63,627 bases of DNA, filler included, from Octopus bimaculoides (GCF_001194135.2; 6 parts of 6 records of this genome joined end to end with filler, not necessarily neighbours in it), one strand, 5' to 3'. Positions 1 to 10,610 are shown, counted from the whole stretch's first letter. The notes: generated by a model from the sequence alone, not told the origin. Program-made: numbers and translations.

Positions 1-303
1 CATGGACGTGTCAAGCAGTGTCTCCAACATTCCAACCTGGAGACAGTCTCTTTACGTGTTAAGCTGTCACTCTCCATCTTTCGGACTTACACTCGACAGC
101 TCGCTTACATCTACATAACAACGTTCCAACAACTATACTCATACACACAGAGCTGTAACAACAAGAGCTAAAGATGTATATATTTACCACCTGAATAAAT
201 GTTGTTTAAGTTGATAGTCTGGAGTTCAGCGTTCCGTTTAATTTCTAATTTTATTTAGGAAAGTCAGGTATACATCTAATGATGTATAACCAACTTTCCT
301 ATA
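1..303 (+). mobile_element. LTR (3' part; continues upstream of the window), same family as the LTR at 9786-10196
   Basis: Roughly 93% identical by eye to the reverse complement of 9787-10094. Contains AATAAA and ends in an imperfect hairpin (256-301). No PBS follows, so it is a solo or 3' LTR. Confidence 0.75.
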
Positions 304-448
304 GATTCATTACATTATTGATTAGCTCAATCAACTCGTTCAATGATCTTTAGATTTGGGGGACAATTTGAAAATGTTACAGTTATCCTGCCCATACAGA
401 ATTTTTTTTGCTATCTAATGTTCCTCTTACCTGTTCTCTTTCTCTGTG

Positions 449-540
449 CATAATCCTTTCTACTATAGGCACGAGGCCTGAAATTTGGTGGGAAGTACTT
501 AATTTATCGATCCCGAAAGGATGAAAGTCAAAGCCAATTC
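449..540 (-). mobile_element. tRNA-derived SINE family A, internally deleted 3' fragment
   Basis: ATAATCCTTTCTACTATAGGCAC..GGCCTGAAATTT..GTACTTAATTTATCGATCCCGAAAGGATGAAAG matches other family A copies in the window. Confidence 0.75.
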
Positions 541-1491
541 TCTGTACATAATCTTTCCCGTTTTGATAATATTGTAGCATGGATAAGAACTCGCATTTGT
601 CACATACCAATTTCAAATCACAATTCAATGACGGTTTGATCATGTATGTAACCGAGATCTTGTCCAATCAACGGCTATTGTTCACGTGATAGTTCTTTAG
701 CCATTCTGGAACTTTCTGTGTGCAAAGCCTATAACGACAGTCAATAAAGGCGTCAATTCCGCAAAGTGTTATTGACATCAAGCCAGTATGACGTTCTCCA
801 CTCTCGCCAATTTCAGAGTATCTTGGGTGGAGCTTCAAATTGCACACTGTCAATAGCTGTTTTAACGGCTGCGCATTCAATCGAGGATGTCAAAGGAGTA
901 GACATGACACGGCGCTTGTATATTTGCTTGATATGTTAAAACCAGTTCAAGTATAAAACTTCGAGCAGACATTTTCCTTGTACGTCATATGCAATTTCCA
1001 CCTTACCGCTCCTATATATTGTAATGCATGAACATTTTTTCACACTAATACAGCGCAATGAATTATATTCAAATGTTCGCTCGGTGTTGTGAAATCACTG
1101 CATGCACGACTCTTTCTTATAACCATTCAATTATACAGTCCACTAGCATTGTCATTCCGCCCCCATCCCCAACAACCAACAATGACTTTCAAGGCTGAAA
1201 ATAGCAGTCAACAAAAGCAACAACAGATTCATTGAAAAATTAATATGGTAATTTGCTTTTTATATGGGAACAACACGCAGCCTAAACAAATATCCAACTA
1301 CCCATCAATCCGCCAAAGTTACAATATATTAAATATACAGAGGTCATCCAAAGTCTGACTCACTAGCTTTCGTTATCGCCTTCTGCAAAATACATTCACA
1401 ATAAACAAAATGTAGATGTCTGTTCAGGGTGAATTTAACTCAAGCGTTTTTAAGATGGAAAACTAATATTTGTTTATATATTGATCTAATA

Positions 1492-1645
1492 CAGGGGCGG
1501 ACCCAAGGGGGAGCTGAGAGGCACGTGTCCCCCTAAAGAAAAGAAGTGCGCTCTTCTAAATAATGTTATACGCCTTTTTCTCCTGAAGTGGTATTCCCTT
1601 CTGACCTTGTGCTCTCTCTTCGAAAAATTCCGGGGACCGAGCTTG
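1492..1645. mobile_element. Degenerate MITE-like element
   Basis: GC-rich left end CAGGGGCGGACCCAAGG with a decayed inverted counterpart at 1631-1645; TA on both flanks. Confidence 0.35.
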
Positions 1646-1789
1646 TAATATGATAACGCTTGCTTATTTTTAATTACGACATTGCACTATTAGGTTTGTT
1701 AATGTTTCCAACGGTTATTTACTTACGGCCTTCGTCATTTACGAAGATAAAAAAACTTGTTAAAACTTTGCTGCATATCAATGTTGTTT

Positions 1790-1829
1790 GTTGGCACTCC
1801 GTCGCTTACGACGTCGAGGGTTCCAGTTG
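1790..1829 (-). mobile_element. SINE family B, 3' end (rest lies in the N-gap)
   Basis: Reverse complement of CAACTGGAACCCTCGACGTCGTAAGCGACGGAGTGCCAAC, the tail of the family B copies. Confidence 0.8.
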
Positions 1830-2270
1830 NNNNNNNNNNNNNNNNNNNNNNNNNNNNNNNNNNNNNNNNNNNNNNNNNNNNNNNNNNNNNNNNNNNNNNN
1901 NNNNNNNNNNNNNNNNNNNNNNNNNNNNNATTCGTCACCATTTCTCCTTTTTGAGTTCGCACGGTCGTTCTTACACTTTCTTGCCGTAAACCATTTACCA
2001 TTTCTGTGGTGCCCCCATTTCCCTTGATGTCCTAAGCACGTTCTTATTTTGCTGAATGGTAATCCAGCACTGACAGTAAACCAGAGTATACATGTATAAG
2101 AATTGGCTCCCTGGATCTGTGAGATGCCCGGATAAATCACTGCACTGGGGCCTGTAGTATTTATATATTAACAGCAAGCCACAGCTTACTTAGATCAGAA
2201 TTTCTCTCCTAAACCCGTAGGACCCCTGGGCAAATGCTCAGTGTGTTCGTGCCTTGAGACGGCACTACCT

Positions 2271-2393
2271 CCACTCCGAAAGGATGAAAGGTAAAATCGA
2301 TTACGGTATGATTTGAACGCAGAGCGCAGATGAGCGGATAGAACAAACAACGCACGGCATTTTGGCCTACGCTCTAACGATTCCACCAATTCT
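2271..2393 (-). mobile_element. Diverged SINE family A-like fragment
   Basis: CCGAAAGGATGAAAGGTAAAATCGA..ATTTGAACGCAGAGCG..CTAACGATTCCACCA. Confidence 0.6.
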
Positions 2394-2788
2394 TAACAAT
2401 GATTTATGTCGTAAAAAAACCCCTGCCCTTATCTCCCCACATAAACGCAGAAAGAAATAAAGAAAGAAAATTACGAACGCAAGAATGATAGAACGACACT
2501 GGAAAAGGAAGAAAGATTAAAGTGAGCAACGGACAAAAAAAATGTCATATATATATGTAATATATATACACACACACACACTGAACAACAGCAAATTTTA
2601 TTTGATTTGATCTTAGGTCAATCAGATAATAATTGCTGGTTCATCAAACAAATTACCCTATCGTGTGACGTCACTTTTCACGTTCCCCACCGTCTCACAT
2701 TCCCTTCATTAGCATCATCACCACTACCACTACCGCTCAATTTCTTCTAAGTTTTTTCACTTCTGTTCTTGCACGGTGTCTGTCTTAG

Positions 2789-2923
2789 ATTAAGAGTCGC
2801 TATGAAAGGTGATGCTGACGACCACAACATGATTAATTTACTCCATGATAGTGCCAGTGATTCTCAGGAAATCCTGACTTTACCCCCTCTTAAATCGAAA
2901 AGATCAAAATTGTTTGGTAAAAA
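2789..2923 (+). CDS. Candidate spliced coding exon of an unidentified host gene (ATG at 2802; MKGDADDHNMINLLHDSASDSQEILTLPPLKSKRSKLFGK, phase-2 end)
   Basis: Pyrimidine-rich tract and TAG acceptor ending at 2788, an open frame across the exon, and a consensus GTGAGT donor at 2924-2929. The sequence is non-repetitive. No homology could be assigned. Confidence 0.45.
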
Positions 2924-4799
2924 GTGAGTATGCGATTATAAGAAATATTTCCACATCCTTTACACTCACAACCACACAGACACATACATGAATATCATAT
3001 ATATNNNNNNNNNNNNNNNNNNNNNNNNNNNNNNNNNNNNNNNNNNNNNNNNNNNNNNNNNNNNNNNNNNNNNNNNNNNNNNNNNNNNNNNNNNNNNNNN
3101 NNNNNNNNNNNNNATATATAACGTGTAGATTCTATTATTTTTTCGACAAACTTTTCAAAGTTTTTCTTTTATTTTGTTTTCAATATGCAAAAAATCTAAA
3201 ACTTTTCTTGACCACTGTTGCAAAGGAGTGAGATGTGTGTGTATTAAGTTATTACGTGTTTCCATATATGTGTGTGTTACTCTGTATTTATATAAAGATT
3301 TCCTTCGAAGTTATTATATAGTTGTATACACGTATTTGTGTTTCTATGTTGGTATATATATGCGCATGATGTTTAACTTTATGTCAGCCTTGGTTGAACA
3401 GGCCTATATGATCAAAGACATTTTAGCCATGACCACCCCGTCTGTATATTTAGGACAATATTGGCCAATTTATCCTTCTGTTTGCAAGACAGCAGAGTAT
3501 GTTTGGGTGGTATTTGGCTGCTATTTCTTATTTGTCGTATGATCGCTTCTGCGTATCGAATTGTATAACTTCACGTGTGTATCTGTGAAGTTGTAAAGTT
3601 ATATACTAAAGTTGCATGTATAATATATGTCTACTGAATTTTATGGATGTGTATGTATTGAATTAAACACGTATATGTATAATTGACTCCTATATATATA
3701 TATATATATATATATATNNNNNNNNNNNNNNNNNNNNNNNNNNNNNNNNNNNNNNNNNNNNNNNNNNNNNNNNNNNNNNNNNNNNNNNNNNNNNNNNNNN
3801 NNNNNNNNNNNNNNNNNNNNNNNNNNNNNNNNNNNNNNNNNNNNNNNNNNNNNNNNNNNNNNNNNNNNNNNNNNNNNNNNNNNNNNNNNNNNNNNNNNNN
3901 NNNNNNNNNNNNNNNNNNNNNNNNNNNNNNNNNNNNNNNNNNNNNNNNNNNNNNNNNNNNNNNNNNNNNNNNNNNNNNNNNNNNNNNNNNNNNNNNNNNN
4001 NNNNNNNNNNNNNNNNNNNNNNNNNNNNNNNNNNNNNNNNNNNNNNNNNNNNNNNNNNNNNNNNNNNNNNNNNNNNNNNNNNNNNNNNNNNNNNNNNNNN
4101 NNNNNNNNNNNNNNNNNNNNNNNNNNNNNNNNNNNNNNNNNNNNNNNNNNNNNNNNNNNNNNNNNNNNNNNNNNNNNNNNNNNNNNNNNNNNNNNNNNNN
4201 NNNNNNNNNNNNNNNNNNNNNNNNNNNNNNNNNNNNNNNNNNNNNNNNNNNNNNNNNNNNNNNNNNNNNNNNNNNNNNNNNNNNNNNNNNNNNNNNNNNN
4301 NNNNNNNNNNNNNNNNNNNNNNNNNNNNNNNNNNNNNNNNNNNNNNNNNNNNNNNNNNNNNNNNNNNNNNNNNNNNNNNNNNNNNNNNNNNNNNNNNNNN
4401 NNNNNNNNNNNNNNNNNNNNNNNNNNNNNNNNNNNNNNNNNNNNNNNNNNNNNNNNNNNNNNNNNNNNNNNNNNNNNNNNNNNNNNNNNNNNNNNNNNNN
4501 NNNNNNNNNNNNNNNNNNNNNNNNNNNNNNNNNNNNNNNNNNNNNNNNNNNNNNNNNNNNNNNNNNNNNNNNNNNNNNNNNNNNNNNNNNNNCAATGTTC
4601 TGCTTATAAGTATATAAATTTACCTTGTAACATAACTGCGATCAAAAGCCTTTACAAGATGACGTCCCGTCTTAGGTTATACCAGCTAATATATTCTTCC
4701 TCTTTTATTATTTTTTTAAAAGTCGATAGCGAATGACTTAAAGGAGATTTCGTTGCTATTTCTAAAAGTTTGTGGGTTCCCATAGAGGATCCCTCGTTG

Positions 4800-4955
4800 T
4801 ATGTCTGTATGGAGAAGTGGCTTCCTGACCACATGGTTCCGGGTTCAGTCTCACTGCGTGACACCTTGGGCAAGTGTCTTTTTCTGTAACCTCGGACCGA
4901 CCAAAGCCTTGTGAGAGGATTTGGTGGACGGAAACTGAAAGAAGCCTATCGTGTA
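4800..4955 (+). mobile_element. SINE family D, 5' portion
   Basis: tRNA-like B box GGTTCCGGGTTCAGTCTC, then CCTTGGGCAAGTGTCTT..GACCAAAGCCTTGTGAG..GGAAACTGAAAGAAGCC as in the full copies at 38996-39418 and 54886-55280. Confidence 0.75.
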
Positions 4956-4958
4956 TAT

Positions 4959-5140
4959 ATCATCATTTAACGTCCATTTTCTTTGCTGGCATGGGTTAGA
5001 CGGTTTGACTAGAGATGGTAAGCTGGAGAGCTGCACCAGGCTCCAGTCTGTTTTGACTTGGTTTTTACGGGTGGATGCCCTTCCTAACACCAACCACTCT
5101 ATAGAGTGTACTGGGTGTCTTTTGTGTATCACTGGTACGA
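4959..5140 (-). mobile_element. Retroposon family C (RTE-like 3' end, (GAT)n tail)
   Basis: CATCATTTAACGTCC..GGATGCCCTTCCTAACACCAACC; the reverse complement carries the GGTTGGCGTTAGGAAGGGCATCC motif seen in RTE-related elements. Confidence 0.75.
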
Positions 5141-5235
5141 GTTCCTTTCATGCGTCACTGACACTGACCACGATTACAATTTCACTTTGCTTGACGTGTC
5201 TTCCCAAACGCAGCAGATCGATATATATATATATA

Positions 5236-5640
5236 TCATCATCATCATCGTCATCATCATCGTTTAACGTCCGCTTTCCATGCTAGCATGGGTTGGACGA
5301 TTTGACTGAGGACTGGTGGACCAGGTGGCTACACCAGGCTCCAATCTGATTTGGCAGAGTTTCTAAAGCTGGATGCCCTTCCTAATGCCAACCACTCCGA
5401 GAGTGTAGTGGGTGCTTTTACGTGCCACTGGCAAGAAGGTCAGTCAGGCGGTACTGGCAACGGCCACGCTCGAAATGGTGTCTTTTACATGCCACCTGCA
5501 CAGGAGCCAGTCCAGAGGTACTGGCAACGATCTCGCTCAAATGTCTTTTCACATTACACTGGCACAAGTGCCAGGAAGGCGACGTTGGTAACGATCACAC
5601 TCAAATGGTGCTATTTACGTGCCACCGGTACTTTTATGTG
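5236..5640 (-). mobile_element. Retroposon family C with an internal ~50-bp minisatellite
   Basis: Same tail motif, plus tandem units of GGTACTGGCAACG..CGCTC.AAATGGTG at about 5420-5630. Confidence 0.8.
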
Positions 5641-5649
5641 CCAGTATCA

Positions 5650-5823
5650 TGTTAAAAGCACCTGGCACACACTGTAAAAAGGTTTGCATTAGGAAGGGCA
5701 TCCAGGTGTAGAAACCAAGCCAAATCAGACTGAAGCCTGGTGCAGCTCTCTGACTTGCCAGCTCTGGTGAAACCATCCAACCCATGCCAGCATGGAAAAC
5801 AGATGTTAAAGGATGATGATGAT
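5650..5823 (+). mobile_element. Retroposon family C, inverted relative to its neighbours
   Basis: GGTTTGCATTAGGAAGGGCATCCAGG..CCATCCAACCCATGCCAGCATGGAAAACAGATGTTAAAGGATGATGATG. Confidence 0.75.
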
Positions 5824-5825
5824 TG

Positions 5826-5898
5826 AATGGCTATGGGGGTCAAGGAGAATAAAATAGGAATCAAAGTAGTTTAAAGGCAAAAAATGGCTGAGAACTTC
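5826..5898 (+). mobile_element. hAT-type MITE right end
   Basis: Ends AAAAAATGGCTGAGAACTTCTG, resembling a Charlie-like TIR. Shares GAATGGCTATGGGGG with about 53237-53251. Confidence 0.35.
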
Positions 5899-6759
5899 TG
5901 GTCTTGTGTATCACTCTGCAACTGGTATGCCGCGACACAATGGTGTGCCATGAAATGATGCTAGATGTGCCACAGTGTAACTTGAATATAATTTTTTTTC
6001 CCTATACTTTTAATTATATTTTTAGTTCAGGTGTGCTGCCAAATTTTGAAAATAATATAAATGTACCTTTAGTGGAAAAGGTTGCGGAGTACTGGTCTAG
6101 TATTTTCCTTTTTTATAAGGCTAGAGTGTGATATGAAGGAAATTTGGCTACTATTTCTTTGCAGATTGAGAAACCTTGTAGAAACTTCCTTGAGATAGAT
6201 AGGTATTCCAAAAATGTGTTAAAAGGTCTGGATCATGAAATATTTTAAAGAATGAAATCATTAAATCATTACTTCTCAATAACCACTATTGACAGATTTC
6301 TCTCTCTAAAATGCACACCATTGGAGTTGGTAATGTTTCCCCCACTCTCTTCCTTCTGTACATTAGTGGTTGACTTGCTGAATATATTCAAATGCAGATG
6401 GCAGTACATTACACTACTCTCTCATTTTCTGCTTTTGTTCTGAGATCTCATCCACCTTTAGATAGTTGTACACATCCCACTGCAAGGCCATAACTATCTC
6501 ATCTCATTCAACTCTGACATTATAGATAACAAAACACCATCCTCTCTATCCATTAATAAAATCTAGCTAAATCCTTCTATAAATATTTGGCCTTACAATC
6601 TCAGATAACCATTAACAGTGTTATGAGTAACAGCTTGCATAATTCAGTCCTAACATCACAAATCTAATGTTTTCTCTACTTGCACTGTCTACATTTATAT
6701 TTCTTCATAGATTCCTTATCTTCTAGTACAGACTGGAAGTTGAAGGTGTTGCCATAATT

Positions 6760-6900
6760 CTAAGATAATATGTGGAAGAGAATTTGGCAAACAAGAAATA
6801 TGTCTACATTATATAGATTTACAGAAAGCTTAGATGATGCTCCGCTTTCTGCTGTCTTAAAAACAATGAGAAATGTCAAGGCTGAAGAAAACTAAGAAGG
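6760..6900 (+). mobile_element. Highly decayed LINE reverse-transcriptase fragment
   Basis: ATAGATTTACAGAAAGCTTAGATGATGCTCCG reads as IDLQKA..D.P with a frameshift, resembling the DxxKAFD motif. Confidence 0.3.
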
Positions 6901-7127
6901 CATATGAAGTCTTTTAAACCTCATCATATGGGTGAGGTTTAAAAGAGGGAGATAAGCAGCTAGGATTAATGGTCTGAAATGAATTGTTGTTAATAAAAAT
7001 TATAATTTTCAGTAATTCTTAAATCATCTTAGAAGTGATGTTGCTGCCATATAGTCATCATAAAGGAGGAACTTGTGTAAGAGAACTAAGCTGTGAGGAC
7101 ATCTTAGACATTATGCAAGTTCTTAGA

Positions 7128-7470
7128 TTAGCCTTTTGTTCCCTGTGGAGCATAGGCCATTAATGACTTTTCTCCACTGTTCTCAACCCTGGGCTGTCTT
7201 TTGTGGCTTATCCATCCCTCTTCTTCCAAGTCTTGTTCGTTTAGAATTGTCATTGATGCTTTTGTAACTTTGATATTTTCTTGACAGGAGTGCTAGCCCT
7301 ATGCAAACCTCTTTTTACTTTTGGGAAGAGGTAGTCCATATTAATTCAACCTTTATCTTTTGACCTGTCCAGCCTGGGAGGCCCTACCCACAGTTTGCAC
7401 TCTGCTGGCATAACTCTCAGGGTCATGGAAGTGCCCAAGCTACTACACTGCAATGAGGACTAGCCCACCC
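7128..7470 (-). mobile_element. Internally deleted RTE-clade element (5' UTR joined to the ORF 3' end)
   Basis: On the minus strand, an RTE/Expander-like 5' UTR (GAGAGTTATGCCAGCAGAG..GGGTAGGGCCTCCCAGGCTGGACAGGTC) lies about 150 bp from an RTE C-terminus, KTAQG*EQWRKVINGLCSTGNKRL. Confidence 0.6.
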
Positions 7471-7660
7471 TAATTGCACCTATTCTTTCTGATCCCATGC
7501 TATAAGGGTTTCAGTTGAGTTTGCTGAGATCCCATACCTCAATTAGATCTATAAACATTTTCAGAGATGAAACCATTCCATTCACTGCCTGACTTGCTTC
7601 TAACTCCACTTTCTGCACACATGTATTAGGAGTGTGCAGTGATTCTTTTATACTCTAGAT

Positions 7661-7799
7661 CAGTGTTTCTCAACCATTTTACCCTTGTGTAACCCTTAAA
7701 ATAAATTACATGTCTCAAAGAACCCCTGTACAAAAAAAAATTATATACCATATCTTTCTCAATTTTTTTCATCATAGTTCACATGATAAATATCATACA

Positions 7800-7836
<37 letters not shown>

Positions 7837-7962
7837 GTATATGTGTGTGTGTGTGTGTGTATGTATATGCTACTTTATTAAAATTGGGTGCATTTTAATA
7901 TCAATATAAATACATTAAAGGAAAAATGTTTTGGTTTTGTTTTACATGTTTCGGTTTTTGAA

Positions 7963-7994
<32 letters not shown>

Positions 7995-8323
7995 GGATTA
8001 ATGTAATGTAATATAAAGCTGAGGCAAATTAACACCAAATATACAGTGCGTGTGTTTTTATTGGCTATACTGGCAATATGACCATCCCCAAGTACAACAA
8101 TATATATATATATATATGGTTGTTATATTTTTTTGATAACATAATAGGTTATATTGGATGATGTCTATATTACAATATTGCAATAACCAATAATATATTG
8201 TGCGTGTATAGTAATATTACGACCATGAAATTAACATTAGCTTATCTCACTCTTTCTCGCGGAACTCCTAGGAACCTTTTGCAGAACCCTAGGGTTCCAG
8301 GGAACCCCGGATGAGAGACGCTG
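7661..8323. mobile_element. Non-autonomous hAT (Charlie-like) element
   Basis: TIRs CAGTGTTTCTCAACC and GGATGAGAGACGCTG (12/15 match). 8-bp TSD CTCTAGAT (7653-7660) and CTGTAGAT (8324-8331). Confidence 0.8.
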
Positions 8324-9142
8324 CTGTAGATGGTGCTTTAAGTTATATTTGTAATATTTGTCAGGTCCTGAAACCTTTGGATTTTGAGGTTTTTCTGTTC
8401 CATTTTTGGTGTCTAATAGAAGAAAGAGGTTGAAACCATAGCCAAGATGGAAGACACATATTTTGTTGTGCTTTTGTCTTTTTGTGGGTCCTTTGCTGTC
8501 TGACTTCTAAAAATGTATGATAGAGATGTTGCTTGATGCGTATATTATCCGATGTTGTTACTGTGATGTGATGTGAACATTGTTAAAGTTGTTCTTTCTG
8601 CTAATTACTTTGTATGGTGCTTTACTGTTTATTTTGTTATTTATGTTAGATGTAGATGTTTACAAGGTTTCTGTTTCGTTTTCTTTGTTTAGTTTATTAG
8701 TTGTGTCCTATTTTAGTTATTTGGCACTGAGTTTTATTTCTACTGTCTGTAGTGTTGGTGTATTATGTTCAAGGTTATCTTTAGTTCACAATGAGATTAT
8801 TTTTTTTTATATCAGACTTTGATAAATATTTCTTTTTATTTATGTGTGTATTTTTCCTGCGTGCATGCATATTGACTTCCGTTTTTTTAATTTTTTTAAA
8901 CATTTTAATAGCTGGGTCTGAAGGAAGGAGCAGTATCCAAGCCTTTTGAAGGTCCTCTGAGACCAGTGAGATTGATGCTGTTAATGTTCTGCCTAAATTA
9001 GTGTGAATCAATACTAGCAGGAAAGCTATGAGCAGGGAGGAGTTTCAGAAGGCCAACATTCCAAGGTGGAAGTACTGGTTATAGTAGTTAGTATGAGAGA
9101 TGTGGTATGGGACACAACATGGTTGATAAGAAGAGAAGGAGG

Positions 9143-9380
9143 TGCATGGCTGAGTGGTTAGGGTGTCAGCATCATGATCGTAAGATTGTAGTTTCAATTC
9201 CTGGACCAGGTGATGCGTTGTGTTCTTGAGCAAAATACTTCATTTCACGTTGCTCCAGTCCACTCAGCTGGCAAAAATGAGTAATGCTGCGATGGACTGG
9301 CGTCCCGTCCATCTGGGGAACACATACGCCATTGAAACCGGGAAACCGGGCCCATGAGCCTGGCTAGGCTTTAAAAAGGA
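9143..9380 (+). mobile_element. tRNA-derived SINE family E (left unit of a dimer)
   Basis: A box TGGCTGAGTGG, B box AGTTTCAATTCC, then GTGTTCTTGAGCAAAATACTT..GCTCCAGTCCACTCAGCTG. Confidence 0.75.
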
Positions 9381-9383
9381 AAA

Positions 9384-9611
9384 GCGGCGAGCTGGCAGAA
9401 ACGTTAGCATTCCGGGCGAACTGCTTAGCGGTATTTCGTCTGCCGTTACGTTCTGAGTTCAAATTCCATCGAGGTCGACTTTGCCTTTCAGCCTTTTGGG
9501 GTCGATAAATTAAGTACCAGTTACGTACTGGGGTCGATGTAATCGACTTAATCCCTTTGTCTGTCCTTGTTTGTCCCCTCTGTGTGTAGCCCCTTGTGGG
9601 CAATAAAGAAA
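9384..9611 (+). mobile_element. SINE family A, subtype A2 with a Tx1-LINE-like tail (right unit of the dimer)
   Basis: Head GCGGCGAGCTGGCAGAAACGTTAGC, body GACTTTGCCTTTC..GGGGTCGATAAATTAAGTACCAG (Deu/Nin-like), tail TTTGTCCCCTCTGTGTGTAGCCCCTTGTGGGCAATAAAGAAA. A 17-bp TSD ATAAGAAGAGAAGGAGG (9126-9142, 9611-9627) flanks the E+A2 pair. Confidence 0.85.
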
Positions 9612-9752
9612 TAAGAAGAGAAGGAGGCGAGTTTAGTTAATTAGCAGTGCCTGAATGGAGTTAGCCAAACACCAGTCTGCTCTGAGAAGTTGTGCGTTTG
9701 TTTCTTCGTCGAATCACCACTTTATAAGAAAGTGGGTTATTGCAGCTCAGCG

Positions 9753-9785
9753 GGCTGCGTGATCGAATCGCGTCGGGGGTCACCA
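9753..9785 (-). promoter_or_regulatory. Primer-binding site complementary to the tRNA-Trp 3' end
   Basis: Minus strand TGGTGACCCCCGACGCGATTCGATCACGCAGCC starts about 1 nt after the LTR end. The plus strand resembles the tRNA-Trp 3' half ..GCGTGTTCGAATCACGTCGGGGTCACCA. Confidence 0.8.
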
Positions 9786-10196
9786 GTATAGGAAAGTTGG
9801 TTATACATCATTAGATGTATACCTGACTTTCCTATATGAAATTAAGAAATATATAATGGAACGCTGAACTCCAGACTATCAACTTAAACAACATTTATTC
9901 AGGTGGTAAATATATACATCTTTAGCTCTTGTTGTTACAGCTTCTGTGTGTGTGAGTATTAGTTGTTGGGACGTTGTTGTGTAGATGTAAGCGAGCTGTC
10001 TAGTGTAAGTCCGAAAGATGGAGAGTGACAGCTATACACGTAAAGAGACTGTCTCCAGGTTGGAATGTCAGAGACACTGCTTGACACGTCCATGCTCTAT
10101 TGCTGGCCAGCAAGAAAGAGATAGAATTAAGTGGGAACGCTTGCTTGTTTAATTCTACGCATGCGTGAGACTACGCATGCGCACGGCGTTACTACA
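9786..10196 (-). mobile_element. 5' LTR (~410 bp) of a truncated LTR retrotransposon, followed by the PBS and ~160 bp of leader
   Basis: Starts TGTAGTAAC at 10196, contains AATAAA, is followed directly by a TGG PBS, and has a second copy at 1-303. No gag/pol was recognised downstream. Confidence 0.8.
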
Positions 10197-10399
10197 ATGC
10201 CAATCAGTTGAGTCACCATTGTTTGAGAGTGTGTGTTTGTGCATGTATTTCTGCCTGTGTCTGTATATATACATGTTCACATTTACTTTTTTACTTTTAC
10301 TAGTGTTGGTCATTGCACAGAGGCCATGCTTGAGCACTTTCAAAGGTATAACTCATTACAAATACCTTTGTGGTATTTTGTTGTTGCACTTCTGAATGC

Positions 10400-10610
10400 A
10401 AGTGATACCCAAGTACACTCCTTGTTTCACTTTCACAAGGTCCATGCCAGTGACATGTAGAAGGCACCCGTACACTCTGTGAAGTGGTTGGCTTTAGGAA
10501 GCGTATCAAGCCATAGAAACCAATCCCAAAACAAACTGGAGCCTGGTGCAGCTCTCCAGTCAAACTGCCAAACTCATGCCAGCATGGAAAACATGTTAAA
10601 TGATGAGATC
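10400..10610 (+). mobile_element. Retroposon family C, diverged copy
   Basis: GTGGTTGGCTTTAGGAAGCGTATC..CTGGAGCCTGGTGCAGCTCTC..CATGCCAGCATGGAAAACATGTTAAATGATGA. Confidence 0.7.

Noticed and set aside
541-880. Adjacent same-frame minus-strand ORFs (668-880 and 383-667) separated by one stop
   Set aside because: No recognisable domain or convincing splice sites, and the distal part is SINE sequence. A tBLASTx search would settle it.
3683-4609. Long ORFs spanning N-gaps (also 20711-21817, 26045-27161, 46028-46805 and others)
   Set aside because: They are open only because N codons are not stops.
9753-9785. tRNA-Trp gene
   Set aside because: Only the 3' half is present, it includes CCA, and it abuts an LTR; it is better explained as a PBS. 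The tRNA-like SINE heads are likewise not tRNA genes.
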